NCBI GenBank assembly: GCA_041651095.1
Contig: JBAZJV010000004.1
Span: forward strand, 7,735-71,734
DNA length: 64,000 nt
Origin: Patescibacteria group bacterium
GTDB taxonomy: Bacteria > Patescibacteriota > Patescibacteriia > Patescibacteriales > UBA12465
Direction: 5' to 3'
Shown here: positions 1 through 8,636 of the stretch, in pieces
Position numbering within the stretch: the first letter of the stretch is position 1
Layout of the letters: every line of letters begins with the position of its first letter
Position numbers and translations under genes: made by a program
The notes under the pieces: model-generated
Databases searched by the model: none
What the model saw: only the letters and a program-made list of their open reading frames with translations
Told to the model about the DNA's origin: nothing

Positions 1-103
1 CAGTTCTTTATAAAATTAGCGACCAGTCGGGACCCGAGCCTTGGAGTAAAAAATACTAAGAGGCCCGGGAGTAGAAAACTCGGGCTGTTTAATTATTAAA
101 CCT

Positions 104-262
104 ATGTTTAAGACATTAAACGGTTTCCTGGCAATAATCGTTCTGATTATTGTCTTGAAATGGGCGCTTCCCCCGGAGGCAGTCGAACTGGCGGGCCAGA
201 TCTTAGTCAAGGTATTAACCTTGATCAGAGATTTGCTCCAACAGGTCAATATGCCTCAATAA
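104..262 (+). CDS. 52-aa small membrane protein (not in ORF track)
   Basis: ATG104..TAA262 reads MFKTLNGFLAIIVLIIVLKWALPPEAVELAGQILVKVLTLIRDLLQQVNMPQ; hydrophobic N-terminal helix; followed directly by a terminator hairpin. Confidence 0.65.
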   Translation: MFKTLNGFLAIIVLIIVLKWALPPEAVELAGQILVKVLTLIRDLLQQVNMPQ

Positions 263-270
263 CAATTTTA

Positions 271-298
271 AAAAGAACTCTTTTCCAAGAGTTCTTTT
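271..298 (+). terminator. intrinsic terminator
   Basis: AAAAGAACTCTT-TTCC-AAGAGTTCTTTT perfect inverted repeat. Confidence 0.7.
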
Positions 299-406
299 AA
301 TTTATAAAATGTCGGCAATTAAAGTTAATCCGCCGGGCAAAGCCTGGGCAAGCACCAATAAATTGACGCAAAACGCCTTTTAACGATAAAATCTTAATAA
401 ACACCT

Positions 407-1294
407 ATGATCAATCCCCGCTTTTTATTTCTTGGTCTCGGCTTATCGGCCATCGCCATCATCTATCTGATCATCTGGGCGCTCATGAAATCAGGACCGA
501 AGGCCTACCGTTTTATTAAATCCCTGGCCTTTTCTTTATGGCCAGCCTTGCGCCAGAACGAATATATCGCCGAATTCATCTACCAGCAACCCCGGCTGAA
601 CCATTTCATCAAGAAACGCTCTAGCCGCCAATCCTTCGTGGGCCTGCCGCTCACTATCCTGGGTCTGGCCTTTTTATATGTACTATTCGCCTTCCTGGGG
701 CTGGTAGAAGATTTTATCACTTCCGACCAGATTGTCGCCATCGACTCTCGGCTGAACAATTTCCTGTTGCTTTTCCGCTCCGAGCATTATGTTAAGATCT
801 TCCTGGCTATTACTACGCTCGGACGCGCCAGAGTCATTATCAGCTTGTTGCTGGCCGCCAGTCTGCTCTTCTGGCTATGGCGCAAAAGAGCCTATATCCT
901 GCCGGCCTGGTTGAGCTTGGGCGGAGCCAGCTTGCTTAATTTCCTTAGCAAATGGGCTTTCCACCGGCCGCGGCCGGCGTTTCCGGTCTATATTGAATCC
1001 AATTTTTCTTTTCCGAGCGGCCATGCCACCGTCGCTGTTGCAGCCTACGGCTTCCTGACTTATTGTTTGTTAAGAAATACTAAAAAATTGCCGAATCGCG
1101 CTTTAGTCTTCCTGGCTGGTTTACTGATTATCGCGGCTATTGGTTTTTCCCGACTATATCTCGGCGTACATTATTTGAGCGATGTCCTGGCCGGCTATCT
1201 TTTAGGCGCTCTTTGGCTGACCATGGGCATCAGCCTAACTGAATGGCAGCTGGACCGGCAAAAGCGCCAAGAGACGGAGGCTGCGCCTAATTAA
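407..1294 (+). CDS. PAP2-family phosphatase (undecaprenyl-PP phosphatase-like)
   Basis: KxxxxRPRP, FPSGH and SRLYLGVHYLSDV motifs; multiple TM helices. Confidence 0.9.
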   Translation: MINPRFLFLGLGLSAIAIIYLIIWALMKSGPKAYRFIKSLAFSLWPALRQNEYIAEFIYQQPRLNHFIKKRSSRQSFVGLPLTILGLAFLYVLFAFLGLVEDFITSDQIVAIDSRLNNFLLLFRSEHYVKIFLAITTLGRARVIISLLLAASLLFWLWRKRAYILPAWLSLGGASLLNFLSKWAFHRPRPAFPVYIESNFSFPSGHATVAVAAYGFLTYCLLRNTKKLPNRALVFLAGLLIIAAIGFSRLYLGVHYLSDVLAGYLLGALWLTMGISLTEWQLDRQKRQETEAAPN

Positions 1295-1319
1295 AAACCC
1301 GGTCTTTTGGATCGGGTTT
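1294..1319. terminator. bidirectional terminator
   Basis: AAAACCCGGTC-TTTTG-GATCGGGTTT between convergent genes. Confidence 0.6.
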
Positions 1320-1339
1320 ATTGTAAAATTTTGAGAGAT

Positions 1340-1588
1340 TCACCGGAAACTGGCACATAAACAATTGGCCTCCCACTCTTCTGCGCTATTATCCGGTGCA
1401 GCCCTGTAAATCATTTCTGCCAGCATGACATCTCTAAGCTCTTTAGCTCGCCGGCACAAAAATGTAAATGCCTTACTTTTTAGGGCGCCGGCTCGACGGG
1501 ATTTATAAACTTTTAAAACGAAATAAAATGTCCCGTAAGGGTGCACGATGACAAAACAATTCACCAGAAAGAAAAAAAATTTTTTCAA
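1340..1588 (-). CDS. hypothetical protein (82 aa)
   Basis: TTG start with GGAGGT SD; follows 1617..1901 on the same strand. Confidence 0.55.
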   Translation of the reverse strand: MKKFFFFLVNCFVIVHPYGTFYFVLKVYKSRRAGALKSKAFTFLCRRAKELRDVMLAEMIYRAAPDNSAEEWEANCLCASFR

Positions 1589-1616
1589 GTGACCTCCGCT
1601 TTTAATGTTTTAGATG

Positions 1617-1901
1617 TTAATTAATTAGCGCTAAACAAATATCGCAAAGATAGCCTAAGCCGACTCTGTGGTATCTTAAAACGAACAATTTGCGCTCCGC
1701 TTCTTTACGAGCGATGCCTTTTTCGGGAAAGGAAAAATAAATCGCTTCAATTTCCGAAATAGTATTAACCATGTTGAGCTGCCATAAAGAATATTTATCC
1801 CAGGCAACCAGTATGTTTCTTTCTTCTTCGCCGCCGATAGTAGCGGCCAGATAAGCCTGTTTGTAGGCTTCAGCGTTTGGCAAATTGATTTCTTGAATCA
1901 T
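1617..1901 (-). CDS. hypothetical helical-repeat protein (94 aa)
   Basis: GAGGT SD and consensus promoter upstream. Confidence 0.6.
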   Translation of the reverse strand: MIQEINLPNAEAYKQAYLAATIGGEEERNILVAWDKYSLWQLNMVNTISEIEAIYFSFPEKGIARKEAERKLFVLRYHRVGLGYLCDICLALIN

Positions 1902-1950
1902 TTTTACCTCTATTGTTAATTTACGAAATAATGACTTATTTTATAAAAAA

Positions 1951-1979
1951 ATAATAACATAACTTTATAGTTATGTCAA
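1951..1979 (-). promoter_or_regulatory. sigma70 promoter
   Basis: TTGACA-17nt-TATTAT with extended -10 TG. Confidence 0.7.
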
Positions 1980-2023
1980 TGATATAAAAATCCTAAATAT
2001 TCAAACAATTTACACGTCTTTTT

Positions 2024-2731
2024 TTATTTCCCGTACCTTCTCTGCCGCCGGCCGTATTCCCTGATCGCGGCAGCCAGATCCCGGCCGCTAAAATCCGGCC
2101 AATGTTTTTTTACGAAATATAGCTCGCTATAAACCGACTGCCAGGTCAGGAAACCGGACAAACGCTGTTCGCCGGAAGTCCTGATGATCAGATCCGGGTC
2201 GGGCCAGCCGGCCGAGTCCAGATTCCGGCTGATCAACTCCTCGGTAATCTTGGCCGGTGATATTTTTCGGGCCGCCAGTTTCCGCATCGCGCGAATGATT
2301 TCGTCGCGGCCGCCGTAGCTCAAGCAGATATTCAGGACGCCGCGTTGATTATTTTTCGTGGCCTGTTCCACGCGCTGCATGGCCGTTTGCAAGGAGCGGT
2401 CAAAATCCTGCCGCCGGCCGAAAAAATTCAGCCGTATTCCCTGGCGGGCCAGATCGGCTGTGCCGGTACCGACGAACAGCCTGAACAATTTTAAAAGATA
2501 AGCGACTTCCGATTTCTGTCGGCGCCAATTTTCAGTGGAAAAGGCATAGACAGTCAAAACTTTCACGCCCTGCTCAAAGGCGGCGACGGCAATCTCCTTG
2601 ACCTTATCGTAACCGCGGCGATGTCCCTCCAGAGTCGGCAAACCGTGCGCCCGAGCCCAGCGACGATTGCCGTCTAAGATAATACCGATGTGAATAGGCG
2701 TTTTCAGTTGGCTGGCTTTGTTAGGTGTCAT
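2024..2731 (-). CDS. uppS: undecaprenyl diphosphate synthase
   Basis: HIGIILDGNRRWA, YAFSTENW, PDLIIRTSGEQRLSGFL motifs. Confidence 0.97.
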   Translation of the reverse strand: MTPNKASQLKTPIHIGIILDGNRRWARAHGLPTLEGHRRGYDKVKEIAVAAFEQGVKVLTVYAFSTENWRRQKSEVAYLLKLFRLFVGTGTADLARQGIRLNFFGRRQDFDRSLQTAMQRVEQATKNNQRGVLNICLSYGGRDEIIRAMRKLAARKISPAKITEELISRNLDSAGWPDPDLIIRTSGEQRLSGFLTWQSVYSELYFVKKHWPDFSGRDLAAAIREYGRRQRRYGK

Positions 2732-2783
2732 ATGTAATAGCCGATCTTATTGGTAGCGACGACGGCCGACAATGCCGCCGGTT

Positions 2784-4061
2784 TTACGAAGACAAAGCTT
2801 TCAGATCCTCTCTGACCGCGGCAGCTAATAATTCCGGGCTGGCGAATTTTTTGACCTCGCGCAATTTACGGCCGACCGTCACCTGCACTTCCTGGCCATA
2901 GATATCTTCATGAAAATCCTGGATCAAGATTTCCAAAGATGGCGGCTCGTTAAAAACATCCTTGAAGCCGAAATGCAGCAAGCCACGATAATTTTCGCCC
3001 TTGACCACGATATCCGCCAGATAAATGCCGTGCGGCATGTCCAGGTCGGTCTTGTCCAGATTGGCCGTCGGGAATCCTAGTTCCCGGCCCCGGCCCTGGC
3101 CGCGGATGACCCGGGCCGTAAAAGCGATCTTCGGCTTATCCAGATAGGAAACCTGGAAGAAGGCCCACAGCAGAACCAAGGCGGCGACGATCTGTACCGG
3201 CGTCAGATAATTGTGATTGAAAACATAGTCCATGATCAAGGCGGAAAATGGCCAGAACAATTCCAGGATGGTGGAAGCGGAAGCGGATACCCGGCGCAAG
3301 CCGAAATAATAGACGAACATGGCCCCGGCGCCGCTCGTGAACAGGATCAAAACGAAGAAACGCCAATGCATGGGCGTAATCTGGCTGAAACGGAAGACAT
3401 CGCTGTTTAATAGGATAAGAACCAACCCCATGACCGCGGTGACACCGAAGCGCAAAGCGGCCACGGCCCTATAGTCCAAGTGGTTGGCGATGCGCTTGCC
3501 GAACACCGTGGAGGAGCCGAAAGCGAAGGCGGCCAGGAAGGAAAACAACGCCGCGTTATGCCACCAATTAATCTCAAAAATATTCAGTCCGGTCTTGGCA
3601 AAAGCGATAAAATAGCTAGCGACGATGGCGATCGCGGTCCAGGCATAGAAACGCTTCGGCAATTTTTCGCCCAAGATAATACGCGCCAATAACAGAGCGA
3701 AAATCGGTTGAAGTTTCTGCAGAATCACGACCGTCGCGAAAGTAGTCTCGCCGTCAAAAGCAGCGAAGAACGCCTTGGTAATCATGATTGTTCCGATAAG
3801 TCCACCAAACAAGCTGATCCAAATAATCGCGCCCCAGCTTTTGCGGCTTAGCGCTTTGATCTTATTCCAATAGATAAAAATAAACGGCGACAAGACTAAG
3901 AATCCAAGGGCATGTTCGACAAACACGACCAAAGGAGCCGGCAGGATATAAAAGCGAGGACGGATGAACAGGCCGTCGATGCTCCACAACAAGGCGGCCA
4001 ACATGATGGCCAAACTACCTAATACCGTATATCTGCTCCGGTTGGCAAATAATTTTTTCAT
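2784..4061 (-). CDS. EamA/DMT transporter fused to C-terminal riboflavin kinase domain
   Basis: about 10 TM with EamA-type LARIILGEK motif; C-terminus GQGRGRELGFPTAN and LREVKKF flavokinase motifs; ATG 4061 preferred over GTG 4082. Confidence 0.85.
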   Translation of the reverse strand: MKKLFANRSRYTVLGSLAIMLAALLWSIDGLFIRPRFYILPAPLVVFVEHALGFLVLSPFIFIYWNKIKALSRKSWGAIIWISLFGGLIGTIMITKAFFAAFDGETTFATVVILQKLQPIFALLLARIILGEKLPKRFYAWTAIAIVASYFIAFAKTGLNIFEINWWHNAALFSFLAAFAFGSSTVFGKRIANHLDYRAVAALRFGVTAVMGLVLILLNSDVFRFSQITPMHWRFFVLILFTSGAGAMFVYYFGLRRVSASASTILELFWPFSALIMDYVFNHNYLTPVQIVAALVLLWAFFQVSYLDKPKIAFTARVIRGQGRGRELGFPTANLDKTDLDMPHGIYLADIVVKGENYRGLLHFGFKDVFNEPPSLEILIQDFHEDIYGQEVQVTVGRKLREVKKFASPELLAAAVREDLKALSS

Positions 4062-4100
4062 GGTTTTATAATTAATTTCCACTGTCAGACATCGATGAAC

Positions 4101-4126
4101 AAAACAGCCCGCCGGGCGGGCTGTAA
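4101..4126 (-). terminator. intrinsic terminator
   Basis: ACAGCCCGCC/GGCGGGCTGT hairpin with T-tract on the minus strand. Confidence 0.55.
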
Positions 4127-4143
4127 TTTGCCGCCATCTGCGG

Positions 4144-4437
4144 CTATTTCCTTTTCGGCTTCTTATTTGCGCTCGCCTGGACGACTCGCTGCCAATTCTG
4201 CTTGCCGATAGAGTAGCCGAGGATAAGGCCGATAACCAGCAAAGCGAATTTGACTAGCGGCGACAGGTAAGAATTCACGCCCAGGAAACGATAGGCCTGC
4301 GGCACCAGGCCCTGAGCCAGGATCTGCCTGATATACAAGGCTTCAAGCAGACTCTGGAAAATGGCGACCGGCACCAGCGTTAAAAAAATAAAAAACAGGA
4401 AGTAGTTAAGCTTATCGATCTTCAGGTTTTGGAGCAT
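4144..4437 (-). CDS. small membrane protein
   Basis: two hydrophobic helices; TGTTATAAT extended -10 upstream (4470-4478). Confidence 0.65.
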   Translation of the reverse strand: MLQNLKIDKLNYFLFFIFLTLVPVAIFQSLLEALYIRQILAQGLVPQAYRFLGVNSYLSPLVKFALLVIGLILGYSIGKQNWQRVVQASANKKPKRK

Positions 4438-4602
4438 ACTTTAATTTTTAAGTTTTGCCCTTTTTTTGAATTATAACAAAGATTAGATTAAAGCTCAACT
4501 TTATTTTGACAAATTGCCCTGATTATATTAATATAGAGCATTACTTTAAAAACATCGTTCTTAAAACCAGGCCATTACCGTGGCCGCATTACGGAGGATA
4601 TT

Positions 4603-5192
4603 ATGAATACCATTTCAACCAAAAACGGCACTATCACCATCAACGGCGACCTCTACCGCCGATTATTCAGCGAAGCGCAAATCATGTCTAGAGTTGGCGC
4701 GCTGGCAGCAGAGATCAAAAAAGATTATATATCCGAGGAGCGAACGCCGATATTATTATTAGTACTAACCGGCGGATTATACTTTGGATAGATCTATCCA
4801 AAGCTTTGTCAGATATCGGATTAAATCACCACCTGGACACCGTGGGGCTTAAACGGTATAGCGCCGATGAAAAAGGCGGCGCCGTAGAATTGCTGAGCCG
4901 GCCGCACGCCGATTTGGGCGACCGCGATGTCATCGTGGTAGAAGACGTGGTCGATAACGGCGCGACCATGAATTTCTTGCATGACTACCTGTCATATCTG
5001 CCCATCAAACCACGCTCCGTAAAATACTGCTTCCTGGGCATCAAGAATAATCACGGTCCGTTGAAATTTTCCACCAACTATCTGGGTTTCGATATCGAAC
5101 CAGCCTGGATCGTCGGATACGGTTTAGATTCCGGGCAAAGCTACCGCGGTTTAAGAGATATTTACCAAAAAATTGAAAACCCGGAAGCATAA
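4603..5192 (+). pseudogene. hpt: hypoxanthine phosphoribosyltransferase, frameshifted near 4789
   Basis: VLTGGLYFG in one frame continues as DLSKALSD...VIVVEDVVDNGAT...IVGYGLD in another; one base missing at GGA TA GAT. Confidence 0.75.
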
Positions 5193-5203
5193 ATTTCGCT
5201 CGC

Positions 5204-5232
5204 AAAACCTCGTCTTTACAGGCGGGGTTTTT
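5204..5232. terminator. bidirectional terminator
   Basis: AAAACCTCGTCT/AGGCGGGGTTTT hairpin. Confidence 0.6.
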
Positions 5233-5259
5233 AATTTTTACTAAATACAGCTCAACCGG

Positions 5260-5976
5260 TTATTTTATATATTTCAAAGGATCCAACCAATCCGCTAAGT
5301 CCGCCCGGTCGGCAACATAGCCGCGCAAATTTATACTAGGCCCTTGATGAATGCCGAGGTGCAGGTGTTTGCGCTCGCCGTCAGTTTCCTGGCTATACCC
5401 CTGCCCTAGGATGGCAATCTGATCGCCGGATTCCAAAGTATCGTTAAGCTTGTGGCTGATCGAGGAAAGTTTTAGGTGGCCGTAAAGCACGGTAACACTT
5501 GCCCCATCCAATTGGCATCGTTCCACGGCGACGCCGCCGTAACCATTAACATAATTCTTATAAACCAAGAAACCGCTACAAACCGCATGGATTGGCACTT
5601 CGTCATCATCTTCTCCGGTAAAAATTTCAAAATCCGCTCCCGTGTGATAGCCATAAAACTTTTCCGGACTGACGGGCGAATCTTGCGGCGAAACTTTTAA
5701 GCCAAACGGTTTTTTGGTTACCCGCTTTGGCGCATCACTTAGCGGCCAACTTAAAGAAGCGGCGGCCGGAGTAACTTGACTAGCGGGAATTATCTGGCTC
5801 ATTGTCGTTTGTCCGTCGGCCGACACTGGCCGGTTTGGCGCTCCCGCGAGATTCGAAGCAATGTCAGGAGCTTGATTACCGGACGGCGCCTTAGTGTGAT
5901 TAAAAAATAATAATCCCCAGGCTGCTAACATCAGGATTATTATGATTAATCCGAATATCAAATCCTTATTTTTCAT
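5260..5976 (-). CDS. membrane-anchored M23 family metallopeptidase
   Basis: HTGAD, YGHL and HLH motifs; N-terminal TM; ATG 5976. Confidence 0.88.
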   Translation of the reverse strand: MKNKDLIFGLIIIILMLAAWGLLFFNHTKAPSGNQAPDIASNLAGAPNRPVSADGQTTMSQIIPASQVTPAAASLSWPLSDAPKRVTKKPFGLKVSPQDSPVSPEKFYGYHTGADFEIFTGEDDDEVPIHAVCSGFLVYKNYVNGYGGVAVERCQLDGASVTVLYGHLKLSSISHKLNDTLESGDQIAILGQGYSQETDGERKHLHLGIHQGPSINLRGYVADRADLADWLDPLKYIK

Positions 5977-6125
5977 AAAGCTGTCCACGGCCAGCAGCCC
6001 TAGCGGCCAACAGTCCGCCCGCAACCGTATCCCCAGAACAGCCGAAATATGACCAATCTGGCTTTGCCATGTTAATCATTTATAGTCTATAAATTTAATA
6101 ACAATATCCAGTTATTGTTCAGGCG

Positions 6126-6506
6126 CTAGCGATTACTTCGACCAGAGGTGCCGAGGGCTGATTTTTTATAGCGCCAACTAAGGAGGTAAAGCAGCCCGAC
6201 AATCGCCGACGGCAAGGAGATGGCGGCATACCAGCTCCAAGGCCGTCCCCAGCCGACCATCACGATGTAGAAAACGGCGAAACCGAAGAAGATGACCGCG
6301 CCGACGAGGTCATACTTCCAGGCTACTAAGACGGCCGCCAGCAGAATAAGCATGGGGATCAGGTGGATTAAAAACGGCAGAACGGCGCTCCAACCGCTAT
6401 ACTCCGTAAAAACGTCCAGCGCAAACAAGGACAAAAACAACACGAAGCCCAGGCTGAGAATCCGGGGCAGCCAATAAATAGCTTTATGGCTGATTTTTTG
6501 GTCCAT
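6126..6506 (-). CDS. 4-TM hypothetical membrane protein
   Basis: WLPRIL...FALDVF...HLIP pattern; extended -10 TGGTATAAT upstream. Confidence 0.75.
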   Translation of the reverse strand: MDQKISHKAIYWLPRILSLGFVLFLSLFALDVFTEYSGWSAVLPFLIHLIPMLILLAAVLVAWKYDLVGAVIFFGFAVFYIVMVGWGRPWSWYAAISLPSAIVGLLYLLSWRYKKSALGTSGRSNR

Positions 6507-6643
6507 AGGTTTTTATGTTAAATATTAAGCAGCTTATTAACATTATACCAAATATAACACCGGAAGACGATTGCTGCGCCATCAGGCCCAAGTATTAAAA
6601 AAGAAGGGCGTTTGAATTCCCTTCTTGGTTTCGTTAAAAAATA

Positions 6644-6850
6644 TTAAATGTCGCCGAGCATTTCGACATAATCTGTCAGCCTGGCTTTGCCGCCAGCGAC
6701 GATTTCCGGGGGCCAACCTAGCTGCTTGATTTTGGTCTTAGTATTTTCACTTAAGCTGTCATACCAAGCACTATCCCCAGACTGTCCGCCGAGTTGTTGC
6801 TGTTCTTTATCGATTTGATCGATAAATTGCTTTGTTTCTACTTTGTTCAT
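6644..6850 (-). CDS. hypothetical protein (68 aa)
   Basis: GGAG SD; downstream hairpin 6601-6626. Confidence 0.55.
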   Translation of the reverse strand: MNKVETKQFIDQIDKEQQQLGGQSGDSAWYDSLSENTKTKIKQLGWPPEIVAGGKARLTDYVEMLGDI

Positions 6851-6885
6851 TTTGATCTCCTACGCTTTGATTATAATTTAGTTTT

Positions 6886-8142
6886 TTATACCTTTTTCAT
6901 CAACAAAATAGCGCTATTTCTATACCGGTCAACCCAATTATCAAGATAGGCGAAATCATGACCGGCTAATTCACGGACGACCTGCTTAACCTGGTATTTC
7001 TTTGACCTAAAGACTTCGATGCCGCCGTAATGCAAGACAATGAAACCGGTTTTTGGTTCATAACTCCATTTGGCCCGGCGATAATCGATCTGGCTGCTTT
7101 TTACTATTTGATTGACGGCGAAATTCAAATAATAAGGGTTAGCGCGGTACTTCTTAAAGGTTCGCGCAATATGATTCCTCAGCTGGAAACCAAGCAACAG
7201 CTTATCTCCCGGCCGGGTATTGCTCTGAAAAACCTTAAAGATTTCTGCTTGGTCACGAGAATTTCCAATCGTGTTCCCGACGCAGATATGAATGCTGTGC
7301 TTGGTCTGACCGAGATCCAGACGGGATCGATCCAAATTCTGAAATATATCGCAAATCAGATTGGCGCTAATATTTTTTCGCGGATATTCGATCTGCTTAG
7401 CTGCCAGTTTGCCGGCAAAAATATCCAGGAAGTCCTGACTGACATCAATGGCATTAAGTTTGACCGGCGACCGCGATTCGATCTGCCAGCGCACCAATTC
7501 CATCTCGGTTTCGGCCGTACCGATACCGTAGTAGACTTGGGTGTGATTGGCAATCTGCGGATAAATGGACAACCGATATTGCTCCAGGATAGCCAACTCG
7601 TTATTCCCGCACTTATAATGTACGGGGTTACAGAAAGCTACCATCAACCAGTCGCGGGGATTACGATACCACTGTTCGCCTTGTAATTCATGGCGACTCA
7701 ATTGGTCATTCAGCCTTTGATTTAATATTTCTTCCTTTTTGCGGCTAGCATAGGCTAGCGGCGCCAAAGCGATGACCGGCTGCGGTTTCAGGTATTCGCC
7801 AACTTTCCGGCTCTTGATGACCAGCCTGGTTTTAACTGGCACGGTTCGCGTGTCGTCAAAGCGATCAAGCCCGGATCTCATTTTTATGGAATCAGGATCA
7901 GAACCTGATGGGAAGGCATATTCCATCATATCCTTGGCTATTATTTTCCCGTGCCGCACCAAATAAGTGCCTAATGGACTGGATTCGATCACTTCACCGT
8001 CGCCCAATATATAGTGAAGATATGGACCGGAATATAATTCGGAATAATTCACCGTATCAATGGAGAATAAGCTGAGCAAGAAAACGAAAAAAACAAATAA
8101 GGCTTTAATGGCCCGTACTGCCTGAGTTTTGAACTTTTTCAT
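6886..8142 (-). CDS. membrane-anchored protein with EgtD-like (Methyltransf_33) SAM-dependent methyltransferase domain
   Basis: YYGIGTAETE, IDVSQDFL, VGNTIGN, PGDKLLLG motifs; N-terminal TM; GAGGT SD. Confidence 0.65.
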   Translation of the reverse strand: MKKFKTQAVRAIKALFVFFVFLLSLFSIDTVNYSELYSGPYLHYILGDGEVIESSPLGTYLVRHGKIIAKDMMEYAFPSGSDPDSIKMRSGLDRFDDTRTVPVKTRLVIKSRKVGEYLKPQPVIALAPLAYASRKKEEILNQRLNDQLSRHELQGEQWYRNPRDWLMVAFCNPVHYKCGNNELAILEQYRLSIYPQIANHTQVYYGIGTAETEMELVRWQIESRSPVKLNAIDVSQDFLDIFAGKLAAKQIEYPRKNISANLICDIFQNLDRSRLDLGQTKHSIHICVGNTIGNSRDQAEIFKVFQSNTRPGDKLLLGFQLRNHIARTFKKYRANPYYLNFAVNQIVKSSQIDYRRAKWSYEPKTGFIVLHYGGIEVFRSKKYQVKQVVRELAGHDFAYLDNWVDRYRNSAILLMKKV

Positions 8143-8235
8143 TTTGACCTCTTTCGGTTTATTGATTGTTAAAATACTTTTTTAGTTTCCTATTAATTTA
8201 CAATATTAATGATTTTATGTCAATAATAATTAAAA

Positions 8236-8270
8236 TAAAAAGGCGGGCATCAAAGATACGCCGCCTTATT
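8236..8270 (-). terminator. terminator of the 40-aa ORF
   Basis: AAGGCGG...CCGCCTT hairpin with T-tract on the minus strand. Confidence 0.55.
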
Positions 8271-8291
8271 TGTTGTCCTGTAGATACAAGA

Positions 8292-8414
8292 TTAACGAGT
8301 GGCCCCGGTTATATTGTTCCATTCCGATTTGCCGTTCTTACAACGACACCAACCAGTAAACCGACCTCCTTCACATTCGTATTCGTAACGACCAATTGTT
8401 ACCCAGTAGTACAT
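8292..8414 (-). CDS. 40-aa Cys/Trp/Tyr-rich peptide (not in ORF track)
   Basis: MYYWVTIGRYEYECEGGRFTGWCRCKNGKSEWNNITGATR; AAGGAGGAGG SD, own promoter and terminator. Confidence 0.65.
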   Translation of the reverse strand: MYYWVTIGRYEYECEGGRFTGWCRCKNGKSEWNNITGATR

Positions 8415-8498
8415 GGGTCCTCCTCCTTGATTATACGACTTTGTTAAAGAAATTAGTTAACTTTACTAAATCTACTGTTATATTGCTAACATTATTTG

Positions 8499-8577
8499 AT
8501 AATAACATATAAAATATATTATGTCAATTAAACTAATTTTATATTGTATTGACAACAATCAACTTATATGATATAGT
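8499..8577. promoter_or_regulatory. divergent sigma70 promoter pair
   Basis: minus TTGACA(8527-22)-17-TATTAT(8504-8499); plus TTGACA(8549-54)-17-TATAGT(8572-77); both with extended TG. Confidence 0.7.
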
Positions 8578-8636
8578 AACCAGTTACTCATGTTCTTAAA
8601 AAATTAAATAACAATAAACAAAAAACGGAGGAACCC

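Noticed and set aside
16-249. 77-aa minus-strand ORF
   Set aside because: Antisense to the better-supported 104..262 ORF.
4062-4143. Possible FMN riboswitch upstream of the EamA-flavokinase gene
   Set aside because: Too short and lacks RFN consensus segments; only a terminator-like hairpin is present.
4789-4791. TAG in hpt as stop-codon reassignment or readthrough
   Set aside because: The downstream half is in a different frame, and TAA, TAG and TGA all end genes normally here (code 11).
8166-8447. 93-aa plus-strand ORF
   Set aside because: Spans a promoter and a terminator; the minus-strand 40-aa ORF has the SD, promoter and terminator support.
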